The position numbers were made by a program, and so were the translations under genes. A DNA stretch of 61,384 bases, the filler included, from Platydemus manokwari (taxonomy: Eukaryota): the NCBI GenBank assembly GCA_037951405.1. It is 6 parts of 6 records of this genome, joined end to end, with 100 filler letters (N's around TTAATTAATTAA, not from the genome) between each part and the next. Parts side by side here need not be neighbours in the genome. Positions count along the whole stretch, not along the records: positions 50,146 to 61,384 come from JBBMOY010823314.1; 5 more parts are not named here. One strand, given 5' to 3'. Below the pieces are notes generated by a model. That model did no database searches. It saw nothing but the letters and a program-made list of their open reading frames with translations, and was not told the origin of the DNA. This document shows positions 54,350-61,384 of the stretch, in pieces. Position 1 is the first letter of the stretch; the number at the start of each line of letters is the position of its first letter.

Positions 54350-55799
54350 ATTTTTCAACAAAAAGTAGTTTATTTATTTATTTTTAATATTTTGACCACT
54401 TAACACATTACTCTTAATATATCTTAGGATTAATAACATGAAAGTAGGTATACGTTTATTTTCATCATAAAAAACGGCATAGAATTTACCATTTTGAATT
54501 ATAGTTGTAGTTTCAGCAGCCCCAAAATATATTCAAAACTTGTATTATATGAAAGGTGAAGGTTGTTTATTTTTTAATTTCTCATTTAAAACTTTAATTT
54601 GATTCTCCATAATATACTTAGTATTTATTCATAAATTGCTTCCACAAAATTCTCTCAGCGTTTACTAGTATTATTATTACATATTCCGATTTTAGATAAA
54701 TTTTATTTGTCAGGAAATCCTATACTTCATCATTCAATATTGTGCTATTCTTCATTCCAGTTCAAATGAATTGGAAGAAAACTTTAGGATTTAAATAATC
54801 GTAACGTTGGTTTACAATAAGAATACAAAAAGATAAATCGATTAAAAAAATAAAATTTAAAAAACTAATTTTTTTTAATTCCTTAATATTTGAATCCAAT
54901 AAAATAATTCAATGATGTAAAAGTTTTATTTAAAATTAATAAGAATTTATTAAATTTATCAAAATTATTTACCAACCTCAAAACTCTTGACACTTACATC
55001 ATTAGGGCACCAATCACAGGTTGAAAATCGTTCTATTTTATTAAAAAGAATCGTACTATTTCAAAATCACGTAAAAATAGAACCCAGGTGCATTTGTTTA
55101 ATTTAAGATTTTCTGATAAAAATTTGATAAATTAACTATCTTTTGTTTTTAGAATTTTTGAATGCCAAGATAAGATGGCCAATATGAATATCGTGAATAA
55201 AATTAAACTCCATTATATAATGCCAAAATTTTACAAATTATTTTTCCATTGCTCAACTAAATGAGCAAAGGCACAATCAATGACAAGTTGGTTTCTATAT
55301 TGATTGAAATTTTAGATTTTGATATTAATCCGTTAAAGGTTTGGACTAAGACATTAATATTATAGAGATTCGATCAAGATAAATGATTACCGAATAGATA
55401 AAAATTAAAGCCTTGTTTCTGAAATTATGACATCATAGAGAGTTACATAACTTTACAGTTTATTATTCGATTTTATATTTAGGAATAATCAAGAACATCA
55501 AATGATTTCCACGACATAATCACATCTTGTTAATTTTTTGTTTAAGTTTTTTATATAATATTAATGAGATTAAAAAATTGATGGAAATCGGGGATTGTTA
55601 GAAATGCCAAAATTATAAAGACACATAAAACTAATAAGAGGTAAATTGAAGGATTTCTTCATTATATTACAATTAATAACGAAATCGATAAACGAAACAG
55701 ACAAGGAATTTTAATAAATTGAAAATTTTCAAAGCAGGATTTAAATATAAACAGTAGTATTATAGGTTCGCATTAACATTTGAAAATTGATGATATAAT

Positions 55800-56940
55800 C
55801 ATCATGCAACACATCTGAACGAATCATATATTCAAATAAACATTTCATATCCGAATGATTCATAACTTCAACTATCTGAGATGTCATTACTATACCGGTG
55901 GTCATTTGAAAAATATTGTGATTCTAATAGGCTAATATTTAGCTGTTAAGGTATGAAATGAACTCCTTACAGGTCCTCCACATTGAATTATTAATGGAAC
56001 TGATAACGAATCAAAATTTTTTTTAACCACTCAAGCTCTTCAGATAAATAAATGTTTCACAAATTAATAATGTTACAATATAATAGATTTTATATCAGAC
56101 ATTTTAAGATTCGGAAATATCGAAAAAGTCAATAAGATCAAAGGTGATGGTGATCTATTTTTATGAAAATAATAAACCAAAACAATATGAGGCAAGAATA
56201 ACATACATGTACATGTTGTTCTCATTGCATTAGAATGAAATGAGAGATCATGATTGTTCCAAATCTGTTATTTCCTTGAAATCATGGATGAACCAATTTT
56301 TAGTGGGTAAAAAAATCTGTATTATTTTATATTCGTTCATATTTTTACCCTAAAGTAAATGAATCGATATCCACTTTCTAAATTCAACACTGAAAACATC
56401 AAATTTCTTACTGATAAAGTTTTAGATAACAAGCATTCCCTTCCAAAAACTGTGTTGAACTCCAAAGAACATTTTTATGGGTATAGCAACATTTTAAAAT
56501 TTATTTCAAACAATTTTAGAGGAACAGCTACAGTAAAACAACGAGATTGCAACCCAAATCAATTCATATTTCCTAATGATCTGAAAACCATAACACTGCA
56601 TTCTAAAGAATTATCCAGTCATTTTGGTAAAGGAGCTAAAAGGTTCGATTTAAGATATGAAACAATATGTGACGTTTCAGCACTTTCTCAACGAAACCTG
56701 TTGTAAGAGTAAATCACGGAACTTCCATTTGTATTTTTCAAAGAATGAAATCGAAACTATATTTTCAAAATCCAGTCGTTCCAACGTTCAAATAATTGTG
56801 AATTGTGTGAAATTACAGAAAACTCAGCTAATCCATAAATTGATGAATTTCTTCATTGTCGATCTCAAAACGAAACATGTGAATATAAACACAAAGCTCA
56901 ACATATTAATAAATTTTAATAACAGAAACGATTTCAACTC
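55800..56940 (+). mobile_element. Probable decayed Penelope-like retroelement (RT C-terminus + GIY-YIG endonuclease)
   Basis: Faint motifs in PLE order: INGTDNESKFF (cf. IWxGxxxELxxF), NRYP (cf. NGYP), SALSQRNLL, SRSNVQIIVNCVK (cf. GIY-YIG N-terminal SxNVxYxIxCxxC). Heavily degenerate. Confidence 0.4.
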
Positions 56941-56954
56941 TATCATCTTAATTA

Positions 56955-59900
56955 TTAAGTAATACCATGGGCAAATATCATCACGATTCCAGGCTGTACT
57001 ATCATATCAGGAGACATATGACCATTTTCTGTTGCTAAAATGATTATCGCTTGTTTGTCTATAAATAAAAGATAAAAATCTTTATTTGAAATAGGCAAAT
57101 TCATAAATATAAATAAATATATATTCCAAACAGTAATTGGGACAATAAAATAAAAATCCAAATATAAGCATTCAATAATGCTACTGATCAATTTTTATTA
57201 GTAAACAGTAAAATGTCTTTGAAAAATGTGTGAAGTTTTCGAATAATGAAGGTATTAACTATTACACTATACAGGATTGGAACGAAAGACTTGTCCGATA
57301 GAAAACAATATTTATTTAACTAATAAAGACAATATGTAGATTGGAAATATAAACAAAACACCATTCGTCTGTAAATCTAAACAATTTCAATGTTTTATGA
57401 AGAAATATTTATTTTAAATGCATTATTAAATCCTTTTTTAAAATGTTTAATTTCTATCTTATAATTTCAGATAGCTATCATTTAAAAAATATTATTCTGT
57501 GGAATATTATGAAGTTTAAGCGAAGTGATTTAAAAAAGCTGACGTATTTTTTTGTGGAAATATGGAATGAATGCGATAACGCTCGACCGCATGCGGCACT
57601 TTTAAATCAAAATAAGCTTGGTGAGATCGGTTTTACGGTTATACTGCATCCACCATATTCCCTAGACCTGGCCCCTTCAGACTATTACCTGTTTTCTCTG
57701 AAAAACTCACTTCATGGAAAAACGTATTACTCCTCTGAAGAGGTTTACGATGATTTGAGAAAGTGATTCGATTCAAAACCTGCGGAATTCTATGAAAACG
57801 GCATAAAGTAATTCGCAGAACGCTGGAAAAAATGTGTGGACCTTAAATGTGACTATTTTCAACATTTCATATTTAGAGACAAATGATGTTTTGTTTATAT
57901 TTCTCTATTTACATATTTTATTTATTGGTTAAAAAAATATTATTTTCTATAGGATAAGACAATATACGAAAATTATTTCAAAAATTTCTCACAAAATGCA
58001 AAACGAGAAACAATTTTTAGATAAATTTATTATAAACAATAAAATGGCATACACAGACAATTGTAAGAGTTCAGATGGTATACTGATTGAGCAACAGTTG
58101 ATTATTCCGACTGACAGTTAGCACAGCCAGTAACAGACATGGAATCGATTACACCATCTAATTATTCTCTCATTGTCTTATTATAACACTGTCATTTCAT
58201 TCACATTGGCTGTGGGGAAATGTTGTAATTGTATTTTGGTTCATTATCCATTTATCCATCACAATAATAATAAATTCCTTTTAAGGCATAAAAATACTAC
58301 TTAAAAGATACACTATATATAGCTCATTTGGATTTCACGTATTCTACTACTTATAAAATATCATAATGATATAGCACAGTCAATTTTCAATTTATTCTAT
58401 TATTCTTCTCTTAATATAACCATTCAATTTCATTATTCTCTTCCCATAGTTTAATACGAGTATCGGTTTTGATGAAATATGCAGACGAATAATTTGAATT
58501 TCGTAACATTGATACTGCTACGATATCTACTAGCAATTGAGATTTCCTGATTACAGACAGTTCGGAAATGTGATAATACTGATATCTAATAGTCATTACT
58601 GACACAGTAACCCTCCGAATTGAATTTACATCTTCTAATCAAGAGCCTACAAGAAAAAGATGACTGAATAATTTTCTTTGATGAAACACATTACATTTTC
58701 TTCATACACTTCATGATTGCAGATAATGTTTTTATCTCTCAACGATATTGAATACAAGAAGATGAGTAAATAGATATTTAGATCCACCAATACTGTGTTA
58801 TACAAACACATTATTAAATCAACCTTCGTGAAAGAGTCATAAATCGATTATATTCACAGGTCAGTAATATATCCAGATTTCAGAAAATTTATCAGAATTC
58901 TCCAAATGTGATAGTGATAAAATTAGCTAAAATAATCGATAATGGGTAATAATAATTATCGGAGTTTTAAAAGTAATCGAAAATTAAAAAAAAACAACAA
59001 TAAAGTAGGATTTAAAAAAGCGTAAATCTTATAATTTGTTTGACTGCACTATCAATATTATTGATATTATTGTTTATTTTCATGATATATTTTCACCACA
59101 ATACCAGTAAACCAAATTGTAATATCACAACTGTATTAGTTAATGATATGTTCACGTTCTGAATATTGCTTCTGAAATCACAAAAAGGACAAATATTTCA
59201 AAGCAGTTCCAGCTATTTTATATCCAGCATCATATCGTTATATTTCCAACTGGAATTCCGATACATGATCATTACTTCTAATAATGTCCAATGTATATCT
59301 TAGAGATTATCTTATCAGTATCAAATTCCACTGATTATTAGCATATGAAACATCAAAATGTTATTCAAAAAAATCAAAAATCTATTTATCTCGAAATCCT
59401 TACTTTAAAGGATTTTAAAAGTTTAATTAGCCAATTCAAAACATGAAAAATAGCCGCAAATAGCCGAGAAATATAGAGGTGATTGTAAAAATATAAAACC
59501 ATTTATGGTCACCTTTTTACAATTCTGTATGTTCATAATGGACATAATGATGCAATTCTCTCCTTTATAAATTAAGTTTCGAGCCATTAAAAGCTTTAGC
59601 CAAACACATCAACGTGGTTAGTATTGAAATAATATTTTCAATCATTTCCATTCAGGATTACTGCTTTCACAGACGTTTGCAGAAACCTTATGAAAAATCC
59701 ATTATTTGTTGAAAGATACAAATCAATTAATCAATATAATCGAATTAATTACAGCTTCAATTCATTCGTTGTTTAGAAATGTAACCCAATTGTCTAGAGA
59801 ATTATTGGCCGAAATTTGTCACTGGATGATTATTGTCGACCATTTCGAATACATCGAATTCGAATTCTGATAATGTATAATATAATAATCGCTGGAAGTT

Positions 59901-60610
59901 CAACATACAAATATATTTGATGAGGTTTTCTATGTTAGATTTCCGTTCAATCACTTATTTCTGTTCTCCTATGAAATCCCCGCTAATCTCAGATGAAAAC
60001 AATTTAATATTTTATACATGATGAACAAATTAATGGATATTTCATTGAACTGCATGATTTATCGTCTAATACAGACTAGGATAGCTTCAACTCATAAATT
60101 CCCATTAACCCTCATTATTCAAACGTGTAAATTTATTAATATTCGGGAAGTGGTCATTATATGGTATATCGGGTTCAATTTAATGTTTATAATTAACGCT
60201 TTTCATTTTGACTGTAAATATATTTAATGCCTATTCATTATTTTCGATCTGGAAAGAGTGATCTATTACACGACTACAACAATCAACCAGTGCTATTAAA
60301 AATTGGATTTAATACAACAAGTAGAATCAATTGAATAATATCGATAGAAAAACGTATAGGCTTACTAGGCACTCGACGAATTATAAAATTTTCAAAAGCA
60401 TATCTATTTGCTTGTCGGCTTTCTAAACTTCGTAATCCAATGGGCCATCTTCGTTCATGAGCATTATCCATCAACAATAGTACATGGGCAGGTGGGCAGC
60501 CAGTTTCAAGAATTGACCGCTTAATAACTGTTTGAAGAAGTGTATCTGGAGTGGAAATAATCCCACCCCATCGAACTTCTTGAGCAATTGGGAGATTATT
60601 GATCCACAAT
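56955..60610 (-). CDS. RNF41: E3 ubiquitin-protein ligase NRDP1 (RNF41), last two exons; 5' part outside the window
   Basis: Exon 60610-60366 (VRWGGIISTPDTLLQTVIKRSILETGCP...MDNAHERRWPIGLRSLESRQANR) joins by a phase-1 GT-AG intron to exon 57058-56955 (NKQAIIILATENGHMSPDMIVQPGIVMIFAHGIT*). This is the NRDP1 USP8-interacting C-terminal domain. Confidence 0.95.
57572..57886 (+). mobile_element. Mariner (DD34D) transposase 3' fragment in RNF41 intron
   Basis: DNARPH...LHPPYSLDLAPSDYYLF...FYENGIK*FAERWKKCVDLKCDYF, with two in-frame stops. Confidence 0.92.
59530..59900 (-). mobile_element. Decayed LINE (CR1/L2-like) RT fragment in RNF41 intron
   Basis: Minus strand DKFRPII (cf. NYRPIS), then CLAKAFN (cf. 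DLxKAFD) and ELHHY. Confidence 0.4.
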
Positions 60611-61295
60611 CTGAATATAATTTTTGGCTTGAATAAAATTGAACACAAAAACAAATTATATTTACATTTTCTGGACATTCAGGAATAAATTAAAATTTCA
60701 AGGCAAAATAATTTCGTGTAAATCAATAAAAGTTGGGGAAAAAGTAATAAAAATAATATATATATAAAGACATATTCATATTTCCAGTATATTTTGCTTC
60801 TTATCTTTATATACTTAGAGACTCACATGGTAGGGCATTTTCACAGGAACCTAATTACCGTGATTTAGGAAGACACTTAAAGTTAACATGTTTTTTTAGA
60901 AATGGTAACCAAATATATCTGTATTACTAAAATTAACGTCTAGATTTAAGGAAAATATTATTAAAGATCCAAGATAGAACGATATAATAATAATCCACTT
61001 GAATGCTCACGAGAACAGCTCAAGTCTATCCCGGATACGACGTTATTGTGCAATTACATCACAAGCACGCTGATTTCAACAAAATGAAAATGATTGATTA
61101 AATTATATCAAAGAATAACACAATGTTTTCTTGAACGATTCCATTTCAATTTGGGTGAAAATGTATCAATCAAGAAATCCATTTGGAAATTTATCGACAA
61201 AAGAAAATTTATTTTTTCTCAATCATTTCCAGTTTCTTAGATAATTTATTCAGATTTTCCATTTCATCAGATTTCCATGGACCAAATAAAACGAA

Positions 61296-61318
61296 TATAT
61301 ATATATATATATATATAT
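61296..61318. repeat. (AT)n microsatellite
   Basis: Direct dinucleotide run. Confidence 0.9.
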
Positions 61319-61384
61319 GCTAAAACTAAAATACATCATTGCTTGATTAAAACAATATTTGAAAGGTTTTATTTTTTCTTCCTT

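Noticed and set aside
60960-61290. Possible upstream RNF41 exon
   Set aside because: No RING, TRAF-zinc or coiled-coil sequence recognisable, and the minus-strand frame I translated is interrupted by a stop; treated as intron.

Overview
Very AT-rich (roughly 70-75% by eye) eukaryotic genomic DNA. It consists of six contigs (1-9832, 9933-20199, 20300-29815, 29916-40845, 40946-50045, 50146-61384) joined by identical artificial 100-nt spacers (N44-TTAATTAATTAA-N44), so adjacency across gaps is not evidence. The ~40-60-nt GT-AG introns, (ATT)n tracts and gene content suggest an invertebrate, plausibly a planarian flatworm (inference). I spliced these genes by hand: an epsin (ENTH+UIM); a 4-exon PIM-family kinase; an 18-exon, 5'-truncated single-pass protein with the unusual architecture EGFx3-LamG-EGF-LamG-TM-WD40; a secreted F-type lectin+PAN protein with a head-to-head pseudogene copy; the last two exons of RNF41/NRDP1; and a candidate gene of unknown function. 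Most remaining sequence is decayed mobile DNA: Gypsy pol fragments, RLE-type non-LTR retrotransposons, mariner, a probable Penelope-like element and a Polinton/Maverick-like capsid gene fragment. The top observations are (1) the neurexin-like ectodomain spliced in frame to a cytoplasmic WD40 region, (2) two tandem type III hammerhead ribozyme motifs at 54183-54349 and (3) an endogenous double-jelly-roll capsid remnant. All family assignments come from motif recognition by eye, not database searches.
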